NCBI GenBank assembly: GCA_910592345.1
Contig: CAJVPI010000342.1
Coordinates: 1-34,366, forward strand
DNA length: 34,366 bases
DNA from: Paraglomus brasilianum
Taxonomy: Eukaryota
Reading direction: 5' to 3'
Program-made: the position numbers and the translations under genes
Part shown: positions 1 to 12,496 of the stretch, one piece after another
How the letters are laid out: every line of letters begins with the position of its first letter
Position numbering within the stretch: the first letter of the stretch is position 1
The notes under the pieces: model-generated
Told to the model about the DNA's origin: nothing
Seen by the model: only the letters and a program-made list of their open reading frames with translations
The model's database searches: none

Positions 1-455
1 CACCACACGGGACTACATCGGAGTATTCCACATGCAGTGCAGAAGCCATATCGAGAATAACAATCGTAAAAGCGTTTATCGGCAATCATGTAGTAATTGT
101 CATCATTCCCAGTAAAACCCTTTATTAGTTTGTTGCGATATTCAAGCCATTCGGAATATCGTCTAAACTGACTAACGTCATCATTGTATTTGTGTGTTGG
201 AAGTGAGTATAATCTAGCAAACTCATTCACAAACGTTGGTGTACATTCTTGGCTACTTCCAAGGAAGACCAGTATTGTCTCGCTGAAGTAATTGACGTAA
301 CGAAGAGCGTAATAGACGGTGGAAATTTGAGTTGGCTTTATTCTGGCAATTTCCTTGTAAGGAATCCATTCAAGTTTTAAGTCATGCTCCCTCTCCAAGG
401 AGGATTGAACTAAGTTGTCAATTGCTGGATTATTAACCCTTAGAACTAATGACAT
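1..455 (-). CDS. 5' part of a Glomeromycotina-type TKL kinase-family protein (degenerate kinase N-lobe plus Cys-rich motif), running off the left edge
   Basis: Manual translation from ATG 455 is stop-free to base 1: MSLVLRVNNPAIDNLVQSSLEREHDLKLEWIPYKEIARIKPTQISTVYYA...KGFTGNDDNYYMIADKRFYDCYSRYGFCTACGILRCSPVW. NxxIDxxxQ, LEWIPY and YGxCxxC...W are typical of AM-fungal kinase N-termini. Absent from the ORF track because no stop lies inside the window. Confidence 0.75.
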   Translation of the reverse strand, partial: MSLVLRVNNPAIDNLVQSSLEREHDLKLEWIPYKEIARIKPTQISTVYYALRYVNYFSETILVFLGSSQECTPTFVNEFARLYSLPTHKYNDDVSQFRRYSEWLEYRNKLIKGFTGNDDNYYMIADKRFYDCYSRYGFCTACGILRCSPVW

Positions 456-1745
456 CGTTTGAATAAGAAGTTTCCAATCTCAATTCTATTTGGACGTTTA
501 TCTAGTTATAGATCGACCAAAAATCCGTTAAAGATCGACGGGGTCGTTATTAAAAAAAATTTTTCAGACCTAATAGTAATATATTCACGTCTATCACTAT
601 TCACTTTATTGTTACAAATAAAATATATAGGTATATAAGCGTTAAGCACATGATACTGTAATAAAAATTTTTTCCTGCAAAGCAGGGCTTGTGGGCCTAT
701 CTATTGTTTGATTTTTTCTTGTACATAACGCCTTTTACTTTCGGGTTTGTTGCTTGCTGATGTTCTATCTTTTAGCAATCCCCCACAATTCCCCCAATCA
801 TTCGTCTTATATTGCTCCGAAGGACATCAGGTTTTGCAGTTTTGAAAAATTAATTTGATATTCGCATTCACCCCCTAGTGCAATAAAACCCATCAAACGA
901 AAATATAATAAATGACTGCCAGTGGCTAGAAATGAAAAGGTAAAGATATCAGGCTTAGTTTTGTTTAGATTCCCGGGTAATTGTTGCTGGAAACCGTTAA
1001 TTTCTCTATCAGTAGGAATAATCGATTTGCCCAGATTGGCAAATAAGAATGTTAATTAATTGTCAATAACGCGCGTTTAGTGTAGATATAACCGATAAGT
1101 CGAACTTTATTCCGCTGGTAGAAATCGACGTACGGAGTCGAGGTCAATTAACATTCCAGGATTAACGTATACGCAATTTATGAGAATTGTGAGTATAGAT
1201 AAGGTTACCAATGTGTCGATTATACACTATCCATAAAAATAAGTTTGCAGTCTCTTTTTTTTTATTATTAAAAACATACATAACAAGTAATTGTTTTTTG
1301 GTACCAATTAAAAGCTCTGCTTCTTGTGTACGCGTAATTTAAAATTATAAATAAATACCACAGTACCACTAATGGTCTGATATTAATAATGGGTAAAAAT
1401 ACGTTAGACTATACAAAACTAGGCATAGAAAGTCTGATATTTGCAAAATTATGGACGACCAACATCCGCGGTTAGAACAATACGAATTCAAAGGAACAAT
1501 TTATTGTTAGTTATATAAAATTTTGGATGATAATTTGTTATGGTTTGATGCATAATAATAAAGACTGCACTTAATCTAAGTCAAGCATGATTAAAGAGTG
1601 TTGTGTGATTAGGCGTGGTAGTCTCAAATTCACATATTTAGAATAATATGACCAAATAAATCCGTGAATCAAATTTCTTTACCTTACCTGCTTTCTTCTG
1701 TATGCGAAACGGTGCACCACTAGCAGATAATGGGTATCTATGATT

Positions 1746-1890
1746 ATTAATGTTCATGGTTGGTTAGTTCTGTTGTACCTCAGTTGGGGACCTGTCTCAG
1801 TTCTGGACTGAGTGACTGGGTTCCGAACTGAGACAGGTCCCAAACTCAGACACAACATCTCTATGTTAACACGTAGCATGAACATTTAAT
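1746..1890. mobile_element. Palindromic MITE-like foldback element
   Basis: 33-bp inverted arms at 1771-1803 and 1825-1857 (4 mismatches; perfect core GGGACCTGTCTCAGTTC), plus an outer inverted pair ATTAATGTTCATG (1746-1758) / CATGAACATTTAAT (1877-1890). No clear target-site duplication. Confidence 0.5.
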
Positions 1891-4238
1891 TGCAAGTATC
1901 TGTAATAAAAGAGCTTTTATTTGAAATCTCGCAAATGCAATTCTGTAAACGATTTTTTAAGCAAACTATTCTTTACTGAACCATGCTACTACCCGCTCAA
2001 AATGTCACCTTAAACATAAAATTCCCGTTCATTGTAATTGTAGAAAACCGTGCCAATTATCTAAATTTAATGATTCTGCACAAGTTAAATATTTGAAACA
2101 ATAATTTTCTTGTGATTAGCTTTTATATTGTCTAAATTTAAACCAAGACGTCAAGGCCGAGAATTAGTTTTTGAAACGTTTACATTTTATTTGTGCTCAA
2201 TCTTAATCTTGCTTGATATTTTTTTATCACATACGCAAAAATTTATTACACTCATAAAACATTATGGTTTTGGCATATTGCACTTTAACTATGTCTATTC
2301 TGCATGTGATCGCGGGGGTTAGTAAAAGTTATAGACGCTCATATTTTTGTTAGTAGAACGTAAAGGTAAACTTTTAATATGGTCCAATTTTAGTACATCA
2401 GCAAATTGTTTAACATACAATAATAATAGCCTTGTATTGGGTATTGCGGTCGCGTTTAACACATATTAATTACTTTAAACAAGTTATACATTACAATGTA
2501 GTGCACTTACCAGCCAATCCTCTGCTTTCACATTCTTTAGCTAGATAGATTCTCAGCCTTCTACGGCAATCAGTCCACACTTTCGAATCCGACGAACGGC
2601 ATAAAACACACGCGTAAAACCGGTAAAACACATGCATAAAACAACGCCACGCCACGCACCCATACATAAAAGCCATAAAAAACCCGGACATAAAGCGAAC
2701 CAATAAAAAAACCCAAATGCGTTTTTTGTAGCAAGCCCAAAATTATGTTGACTCTTTTCTTTACTTACCAGTCGGAGAAGAGGGAATTGTTTATGATGTC
2801 AAAAGAAAAAAAAACCTATTAGCAAATTTTCCTTAATTCGAGTCGCGTACATCAACCATGCATATGAAATTATTGCCCCAGATATGCAAAATTGTTTATG
2901 TTATTATGATATGTAACAGTACTTGGTTTTCCCCCAGTTGACAGTCTTTACACAATTGGTGTTATTTCTAGTTGACTACTTAAAACTTTGGTTTGGCATT
3001 TTTCCATAAAGCAGAACTTATTACACGTCCGTTTTGAGAAATTTTTTAATTCAGATTATATTTTACCGGGTAATAAAAGTTAAAATTTTAGGGTTAACAG
3101 TTTTTACGTATTAGCATCTGCAAAATTTAAGTCTTGTAGGATTTTATATACTATAAAATTGTTAAATAATAGACTACTAACAAGATTGACAACTCAAAAC
3201 CAAAATTCAAACGTTTGCCGAGTATATAGTCTTTCCATTCAGATACGTATTGATTGCCTTTATATGCCTTTGCAATATTTAATGAAACAGTTGCTGTTGT
3301 CATATTAAATTCTATTAAACTTTAGGATATAGTTGATAGCTCTTGTATAGCTCTGATTTCTACTTTATCTCTTTCAATGGCTTTTCTCATTATACCTGGA
3401 ATGATAATACTTCCAATGAGCAAACCTGCTTAGCACGACAGACGGGATAAAAGTTTGTATAATCTAATTCTTTTGATCACCTTCTCAAATTACAGACTTT
3501 TTTTTTTAGTGTATTTATTCACCAACTTTTTCTAGTAACATGTTTTTTATTCGTGTTTGATGCTCGACATGCGTGAGTTTGTAACAAGCAATATTTATTG
3601 CATTTTAAGCTTTCACCACAACAAGACGGGTATTTCACACAGATTATATTTTATTTAATATCTCAATGTCTCTAAATATTTGCATGGGAAATGACCTTTT
3701 ATTCGCGTAAAAAAAACATTTCCTAGTCGTTTCGCCGACTATAGTTCAAGATATTGTGCACCTCGTCTCAATAAATGGCTCTACTTTTAGAATAGTAACA
3801 ATGGTGATCGATGACTAATACAGATACATGGGTGAAAAGAGGCTGTCGCGATTGTAATTCCAAAAAAGTGCAGTTGCGCTGTTGTAAGTTTTAGCGTGCA
3901 TTAATTTAAACGAACAAACAAAGATTGATCGATCGCATTTGTTAATCCCTTCTCTTGAAAAGGGACAGTGACAGGGCTCGTGTCTTCCTTTTTTTGCCCT
4001 AGCCCAACTCACGGGGTATTAACAGTCGCCTTTTTGGGCATACAGCACAACGTTTCTTTGTTTATATACATTGATTCGTCCTACTTTGTTGTCAAATCGC
4101 GTGATATCTGATAAGATGATCAGATAACTTTGGAGATGTGAAATTTCTGCGCGAGAAAAATATATATTTGACAGATGGTTAGGGTTCTAGTCAGTCAGGG
4201 TTATGGTTATGGTTAAGGTTGTTAATGGTGTTGGGTTG

Positions 4239-4280
4239 TTAGGATTGTTAGGATTGTTAGGATTGTTGTTAGGATTGTTG
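4239..4280 (+). repeat. (TTAGGATTG)n 9-bp minisatellite, ~4 copies
   Basis: ttaggattgttaggattgttaggattgttgttaggattgtt read directly. Confidence 0.85.
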
Positions 4281-5354
4281 TCAGAGTCATCGTTAGAGTT
4301 TTAGTTCTTTAGAGCTATTTCCCTTATGGTTTCAGTCATACAGAGCCAAGTTCGGCGAATGTAAATGCTAATGACCGTAACTAGCATTTTGACAGTTGCA
4401 AGGAGGTTTGTTTGAAAAAAAGTTGGCAGGCACCTCCTTTCAAACCAAACAAAGGGGAAAAATGTTTTTATTTCTACTGTTAGAATAATATTGATTAGCA
4501 TAATACTAAATGGGGGGGGTTTGGCAGTTAATATTGTCTATCTATTATACAGATGGTATTATATAAGACAGTGTTGGTGCTATTGTTGATGAGCTGTATT
4601 CACAGTGTTGCGCCCTTTCAAAACCATGTTGTTGATGCCAATTGGGGGATGGAATGATGAAAAGGTAGACAAAAGGTAATAAAAGAGGAAAAGCTTCAAT
4701 TTTGACAGCTTTCATAATGGTTGCTCAATGTTGTAATATGGAGAATAAGGGAAACGAAGGTCACAGATTGTAAACATGACATAAAAAAAATAATATATAT
4801 GTACTCTCCGATAATAAAGAAATTCAAAACGGTTTGGGGGATGTGAGGGGGTTGGCTGGTTGGTTGTGGTTATTATTATGGGATATACAATATAGAATAG
4901 GTTGTATAATATAATTTATACGTAATAGTAACATTGAGGGGGTGTGTAGTTGAATGTATTATCCATCGTATTGTATATTTGTATATTGTCATGTCAGTTT
5001 ATTTATTACAAATATAAATATTTATTTGCCTTATTTTCAATGAATTGATTGTAAATACAGTTTCTCTATTCATTCTGATTGTATTGTCTTTCGGTGTTGT
5101 GATGCTGTCATTCATTTTGCGAATATGTTACTTTTTCTATGACTCATTTTAACTGCGTGTTGATCTCGCGTAAAACCTGATACCAAATAAGCTACCGTGC
5201 TTTTTCTCAGAAACAACCAATTATGGATATTTTGAAATATGGGGGATGGAGATGGGTGGGGGGGTGTATTTGGGTTAACAGAATAACAATATGAATAATA
5301 TAACTAGCACTAATAGTAATACCAATAAGTGATACGTTAGTAATCTGTGGTAAT

Positions 5355-5486
5355 ATCAATAACATCAATAACATCAATAACATCAATACATCAGTAAACA
5401 TAACATACAATAGCATCAATAATACACCCAGTCTACCGGTCAATACACCCAGTCAATACACCCAGTCTATACACCAGTCTATACAC
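5355..5486 (+). repeat. Adjacent short tandem repeats (ATCAATAAC)n and (CAATACACCCAGT)n-like
   Basis: atcaataac x3 at ~5355-5385; atacacccagt-like units x4 at ~5421-5486. Confidence 0.8.
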
Positions 5487-7341
5487 TTCCCCCCTACCTA
5501 GTCGGATTTCATGTGAGGCTGACCTGAGTGGGTAACTGAAACATCTGATGATAAGGTAACATGATAACATAATATGTAATCGGCAAGTGATGGTCTAATT
5601 GCAGGATGTTCACACAATCAAGACCGTCACATCTAGACTCTTGTTGTGATACTTGGACGAATGTACGATAAGGTACGATCGGTGTCTCTGATTCATAATC
5701 TGCTTATTAATTATACCTTATTTAGTCGGGACTTGCACTTTCTTTCTGTATAGTCGCATGCGCTAAGAAAATACTTGCTGGATACGATGTTTATAGTATA
5801 GTGCGTTAATATTTCCTTTGTTAGGTTTATGCATGCTCAAGTTGTATTTTCCCTTGTTTCTCTTTTGTTGAGGACGATGTTCTTTGTCGGAATTAATTAT
5901 TGTGTTCAAAATAAGCATAATAACAATGATAAGGAATAAGTAAGTAATCTTAATCTTAATACAGTATTATTTGCTTATCAATCAATGCCACATTTCATTA
6001 TCCACTTCCCACCACTTAGGACTGACTCACCGCCAATCCCTCACTTAACGGGCCACATCTGATCAAATATACAAAACACACAGCTTCGGACTGAGCATCT
6101 CTGATTCTTTTTCGTCCGACCTGTCAAATTTCAGCAGTCCTTGTGAACTCGTTATACTGCAAGGTTAATGTTTAATGAACAATACCATCCTCGCTTCGAT
6201 TGTTCACACATCTCTGGCCCATTTTAGGTAACAGTGTGGGGTAAATTCCGTGTCAGACCATCAGCTGCCGAATGAAAAGGCGTACAGACACACATTTTAA
6301 AGAAGTTTATTTATGGGCGTTGTGTTTATTTTTAGGGTTAGAGAACTTTCGAACAAATGGTGCTGTATTTCCTGGGTAACTGTAGTATTTTACGGGAACT
6401 CTATAAAGTAACAATAAAATATATCCGTATAATTCGTATTACGTAAATCTATTCATTCGTTCATTTTATAAAGTATTCATATACATGTTAAATATGCATT
6501 TCATTAAGCTGCACATGTTTTGACCTGTCACTGAATGTGTCAATTAATTGTTGCACACAAAGACACACATGCAACTCTACTACGAGACGATTTTTTTCAC
6601 TCACCCCTGACCTTCTCCCCTTTATTATTGCGCTATCAAGCGAAAATATGACTAAACGTAATGATGACTGGGTGAGTGGACATGTGTTGCGATGTGCTGC
6701 GCTGTGCTGTGTGTGCTGTGCCTCTGCTCTACTGTGAATATTGTGCATTGTTGTATACTCGTATATACCCGCTAGTCATCAATTTAATTTAATTTCCCCC
6801 ATTATTTCTGTCTCACGCAAGTGGAAAAGTAACCGACTCGCCGTGAGAACTTGTAAACCGGTTCTCCAATTCACTTTTTTCCATTTCATTGTCGTGCGGA
6901 ATTTTACTGATAATCACGGAGATTTGGGACGGTAGAGTCGGGGCGTGGGTAAAAGCAGTAGCCGGTGAACTGACGAAATCGCTGAAACGTTACAACTGAT
7001 TTCTAGGTATATTGTATGATTTACAACCTAAAAACTGGGTCTAATAAAGTTTGTGATCAATGTACCTACATAATTTATATCGACTGTTTTGCAAGTGGAG
7101 TTATTATAATAATAGCCATACTGGTATGGTATTGGCCGCAGTGGTATTGGCCGCAGCGGCATTAGCTCACTGTGTGGTGAGCAAGACCAACAGCGACAAT
7201 TACGATTGAAACAGCCGAATTCTGTAACGCGACCTGCGCAATCGTACTCACTGTGTCCCTATCATGTATAAACAACTAACCCAATTGGCCTGCGTGCAGA
7301 CGGACTAGACCTAATCAATCAATACGCGTTTGCGTTAAAAA

Positions 7342-7450
7342 GAGAGAATGAGAGCGAGTATGTGAGTGAGGGTGAGAGTGAGAATGTGTGAGTGTGAGTG
7401 TGAGTGTGAGTTTGAGTGTGAGTTTGAGTGAAAGTATGAGTGTGAGTGAG
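7342..7450 (+). repeat. (GTGAGT)n / GA-rich microsatellite
   Basis: gtgagtgtgagtgtgagtgtgagtttgagtgtgagt... read directly. Confidence 0.9.
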
Positions 7451-7778
7451 AATGGTTGTTTTTGTCCCATTGGAAATCGTGACGCAGCTGTCGTGTCTAT
7501 GAAAACGCATTCTCTTATTATAATTGACTTTTTTAACCTTATACATTACAACATAACCAACCACATTTCGCCCACTTGTTATCTGGATAAACCTATTCAT
7601 CATTTGTTAATTCTTTTTAATTGCAACAATCAGATAAGTATACTGTGACCTTGACTGCTTCTCCAGTCAACCTTTTATCGATGAACCCGGTCCATTTCTC
7701 CTTCCAATTTTGATTCCGATTGATTCTTGTTTCCGTTCCCTGATCTTTATCTCTGCATGTAATTAAAAAGTTCTGCGC

Positions 7779-7863
7779 ATACACACGGCACACGCACAGC
7801 ACACGCACAACACACACCAGTACACACCAGTACACACCAGTACACGCACAGCACCCACACAGT
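7779..7863 (+). repeat. CA-rich repeat with (ACACCAGTAC)3
   Basis: cacacaccagtacacaccagtacacaccagtacac read directly. Confidence 0.85.
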
Positions 7864-8288
7864 ATCCATACAGTCTATTTGCAGATGTCGTTCTTCGCGT
7901 TAATTACAATCAAAAGAATTACCTTGTTTGTTCTTCCACATGATTAGTCCATGAATAGATCATAAAGGAGATGGGGCAATGGGGGAATACAGATAAGTAA
8001 TTGCTAGACCATAAGGAACATCTTTTTTTCTAACTCCGTGCAACGAAAAGTGTATATTAATATTGTTCTTGAATATATTATTATCCAGTAACTGCGTTCA
8101 CAATAGTAGGGTATAAGTAATTGTCGAGGTAATTTGAGTAATCGGCATCATCAATCACATCTATCAGTATGATAGATATGATCGTTACATTGGATACGGT
8201 ACTTATTTAATGTTCCCTTGTAGGTTTTTTAATATCTTTTTTTGGGAGCTGGTTGAATGCACAAGACAAATTGGGAATTAAGCTGTGT

Positions 8289-8360
8289 CGTATGGCTGTT
8301 TTATTGCTGTTTTATGGGTGTTTTATGGGTGTTGTATGGGTGTATGGAAGTTGTATGGCT
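8289..8360 (+). repeat. (GTTTTATGGGT)n-like 11-bp degenerate tandem repeat
   Basis: gttttattgctgttttatgggtgttttatgggtgttgtatgggt read directly. Confidence 0.75.
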
Positions 8361-11300
8361 GTTGGTTGCCCCTGTAAGACTTTTTCGCTCGTGCGTTCGT
8401 TTTCGTATAGTAGATGGTTATATAGGAACATCCATTGCATAGCCGAGTTGTCAATGTATGTATATATATGTGTGTGTATGCATGATAATGAGTAAAGAAA
8501 AAAGTGGGCAATCGACGATATGCGCATATCGGGTATATTATAAATGTAATACATTAATTGTACTGAATACATAGGATATTATATATACATAACACACACA
8601 CATATATAGAATATGTATTACAGTATTACAGTGTATAAATAATAGAATAAAAAAAGTATTATTAATCATCAAGAGACGGACCAAATAAGTCGATAAAACC
8701 AGGGAAAATTCGACCCCACACTAATGCCACACCTGATCGCCCATCCACTGCCCATTGTCAATGACATATTTGATGACAGGAATACGGAAATAAAAGTAAT
8801 TTAGATGAGAATCTATTTATTTGTTCGCCATTTATTGGTCCATCAGTACAGCCACAAACATGTTAATGCACCAAATGGAAAAAGGGTTTTATCCCGATAC
8901 AGATACGCCTGCACCTTTATTCACCAATCATAGACAAGACCCACAGACATTGTGTGGCGTCCCTCTGTTTCGGCTGAAAATGGAGTTACAAAGAAATAAT
9001 TATATGGCAATAGTATTTGAGTTAATATAGTGCATTACGCAATAGCATCAAGTAATTTTCAATTCAAAGATATATTTATAAGTATAAATGACATCATACA
9101 CAACCAATAGAATGTTAATGCTGCTGCGTCTACACTAACATATGTCTTGTATGTCTCCATCTCCTCCTCTCTCCTCCTCTCTCCTCCACCACCTCCTCCG
9201 CCCTCACTATTCATTGTGTGTCATCTTTGCTAATAACTCTAATGACAAATTTTTTTACTTTACGTTTCCGGCTTTTAATTTACTGATTTAGCGAAAATAA
9301 TGTCATCGTGCATAAAGATTTTGTCATTGTTCTGAGCAGAGTGTGGGGTAAAAGATGCGTGCAACAGTCTGAACAGAAGTGTTGGTCGTTCAGACGTTGT
9401 TGATGGTTAGAGTTTTTAGTAAAGGGTAAGCAGAATGGGATTGGATGGAAATATAAATAACGATTTGTACAAAAAGGAGATGTATTGAGTATTGTAAACC
9501 CATAGTTTATAATTAATAATTAGTAACAAGATAATATAATGAGTTACCATATTCGATTATTATATTACTTTAATAGTCTATTCTCCCCCCCATTGTACGA
9601 TTTCCAGTTAGAAATTGTTCCGATTATCTATCAATTCTTGGCACCGATTTACACCGGCTGTACTTTCTGCATAGAACCGAAGTTTTACTTGTTTGGTACA
9701 AGATGTTGTCTATTTTCATGCGGACGTTTCATAATCAATTAGAGAGGATTGGCAAGTGTACGACTATTTAGGCTAATAAAGACGTCAGTGAGTGATAAGC
9801 GAATGGTTGAGAATGACTGATTAAGATTGCATGCTATGGGATGCAATATTTGACGCAAATGTTTGATGTAATGTCTGATGCTTGCACTGTTGATATTTCA
9901 TAGTGACCATTGATTGAATACCTAATAAGGATATAATCGTATAGAGAGTACGGTTTAAGAATTCGCTCTCCTAGTTTAGGACCCATGACCATTCAATGTT
10001 CGCACACCGGCTCAACCTTCATGTATACCCATTTCCACATCAAAGCCACCATTCCTAGTCGATACTGGTTCCATAACAGGTTTGTAGATAGGAAGTAAAA
10101 AAAAAAAAGGATTTATTTACTTTTCGTATGGACAAATCAAAAGATAAGGAGAGGAAAAAAGATGTTCGGGATGATCTTTTAATGTATACCCATGCACAAT
10201 CCATCACGGTGTTGGGAATCAAAATTTTTCATTTACAAAGTGACTTTTTTTTTTCTTTTTTCTTTTTTTCTTTTTTTCTTTTTTTCTTTTTTTTTGCGCC
10301 CTCCCCCAATGAACGATGAAGGGGAGTTTTTTTTTTTTTTTTTGCTGCTTCCTTATTTGCCGAAATAAGATTATTTCCAAGTGTAACGGTAAGGTAACGT
10401 AGCAACAGTTCTTGGAGATTTACTGAAAGGACCCGTTAAAGTACCCCTTATTTTGGCTACTTCCATATAAGGCAATTAATTGACTTTATTTCACCAAGGT
10501 ACAAAATTCCGCCTTGAAATTTAAAAAAAAAAAAAAAAAGATGCTCAACGTTTGGGGGAAACATTTTTGGGTAAACATTTGGGTAATATAATTTTTTTTT
10601 TCCTTGTCGGTTTTCCCGCCTAGCAAGGGGATGATTATCTATACTTTTGGTATCACTGATATATTATGTGGCTGACTGGCAAGAGATTGATTTAGTAGAC
10701 AAATGGCGCTTCTTCCCGCTTAAATGGTAAAAGTAAACCTGTTTTTCTTATTGTAAGAGTCATATTAGATCAGGCGGTTAAGGTTATCGGATTTATATAT
10801 ATTTGGCAAGTTTCATTGTAAGTTACGACATTTCATTGCTTTTGTTAATACCATATTCTGCATAGTACCTGACTCATAGCTCCTTATTTTTCTGTAACAA
10901 CCCCTGTCTTTCTGGTACAACATCAACTACGCCACTTTCATCAAGTCATATTCCCCCCATCCATCCAAGTCATCCCCATCTCTATATCTTTTGTCTCCGT
11001 ATATACTTATTTTTCCGTCAATCTGCATAAGGTTGTATGTGTGTGTCAATGTTTATAATGTCATCTCGTTCATGCAACAAAAAAAATAAGCGTATATCAT
11101 ATCAATGATGGGAATGTTTATTCGTCGTAGAAAAGCCGCATAGAAATAAACACAACATACACACACGAAAACACAACATACACACACACGAACACAAAAA
11201 TGCTGATTATTTAAAAAAAAAAACGATAATCAACATCTGATTAAACAAACCTTGCACATTGGGATGATTCTTTGTTTAATTTGTTTTCATAAGCACCCAA

Positions 11301-11391
11301 ATTTTAAAATTAAGGTTTGACATTGATTCTCAACATCGATGATTGATTAACTCGTGATCTAAAGTTTTAAGAAAAAAAAAAGCATGTATGC

Positions 11392-11430
11392 AAGAAAGAA
11401 AGAAAGGAAGAAAGAAAGAAAGAAAGAAAG
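11392..11430 (+). repeat. (GAAA)n microsatellite
   Basis: aagaaagaaagaaaggaagaaagaaagaaagaaagaaag read directly. Confidence 0.9.
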
Positions 11431-12360
11431 ACAATGAATAAAGAAGCAGCTGACCAAGCAGAAATGTGACACTGCGTCTGTCAACTGTCAATTCATTTGA
11501 AATAAGAAATTTGAATAAGGGGTGTGTGTTTGGAAGAGAAAAAAAAAGTATGGAAACATCGACTTGATAGTCGTTTTACGAAGCATTAAAATTGCCTAGT
11601 TCATTAAGAATTGAAACATTACACCAGTCATAGCAAACGATAGCTTACTAGCTAGCTCGTACCGCGGCATATCCATAATAGTCTATCCGCTCTTAATATA
11701 GTAAATGCGTTTTTGGACTATCGTCTGCGTTTGCGTCATTATACTCCTTAATCATACAGTCAATTCTTTCCATGTCCAAGCATTTCTTTAATCATTATAA
11801 ATTCCCTTATTCACATCTCCCTTTTTATCCTCTCCCCATCATTCATTCGTCGAGTCCATTCCTTCTTTTTAGCATTTTCTCTCTCCCTCCCTCTCTCTCT
11901 TGTCCCAAAACCTACATTTCTGCAGTGACACCCTCTCGGGTACACAGTAATATTTGTGAGTGGTAACGCATTCATATATGAAAACATCCTTATTCTCGGA
12001 CATGAGCCAAGAATAGAATGAATTACAATTTGCTATAATCAAATGACATGAAGTGTCAAATGTTGAATGGAATTATATGGTATTTAGAGAACAAAGAAAA
12101 CAGCCCTCAGATGACTGTGACATGTGGAAATCAATAAGTGGGAATGCAGGGTGGCGCACAGCTTGAGAGATGAAATGATTACCTACGCTGATGCAGATTT
12201 CCATGTTACGGACAAGAGGACAACCGTTTACTGAAAGAGGAAGGAGCGATTGGCCTCGTCGGTCGCTACGTTGTTGCCGCCCATATGCATTGATGCCCAT
12301 ATGGTTGATGTTTCATGCAAGACCATGAGCTGAAGAGGTGGCGTACTTGGTTTCAAAGAA

Positions 12361-12496
12361 CATGTTTGTGTGTATGTGTGTCTATATATGTGTATATGTA
12401 CGTTGTATGCGTATGTGTGTGTGTATGTGTGCGTGTGAGATGATTGGGATACAGATGGAAGATTAGAGAAAGTGACAGAGAGAGAGAGAGAGAGAT
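12361..12496 (+). repeat. Compound (TG/TA)n and (AG)n microsatellites
   Basis: TG-rich run at 12361-12438 and (AG)~9 at 12477-12495. Confidence 0.85.

Noticed and set aside
3190..3425. Possible decayed IS630/Tc1-like C-terminus on the minus strand (FAHWKYY..NCFIKYC..YLNGK)
   Set aside because: Many stops and no catalytic motif; cannot be supported without a search.
4178..4280. Telomere-like TTAGGG
   Set aside because: Only isolated or degenerate hexamers, no true array.
10301..10343. CTCCCC/GGGGAG hairpin followed by T17, like a bacterial terminator
   Set aside because: Eukaryotic locus, 14-nt loop, lies within poly-T low-complexity DNA.
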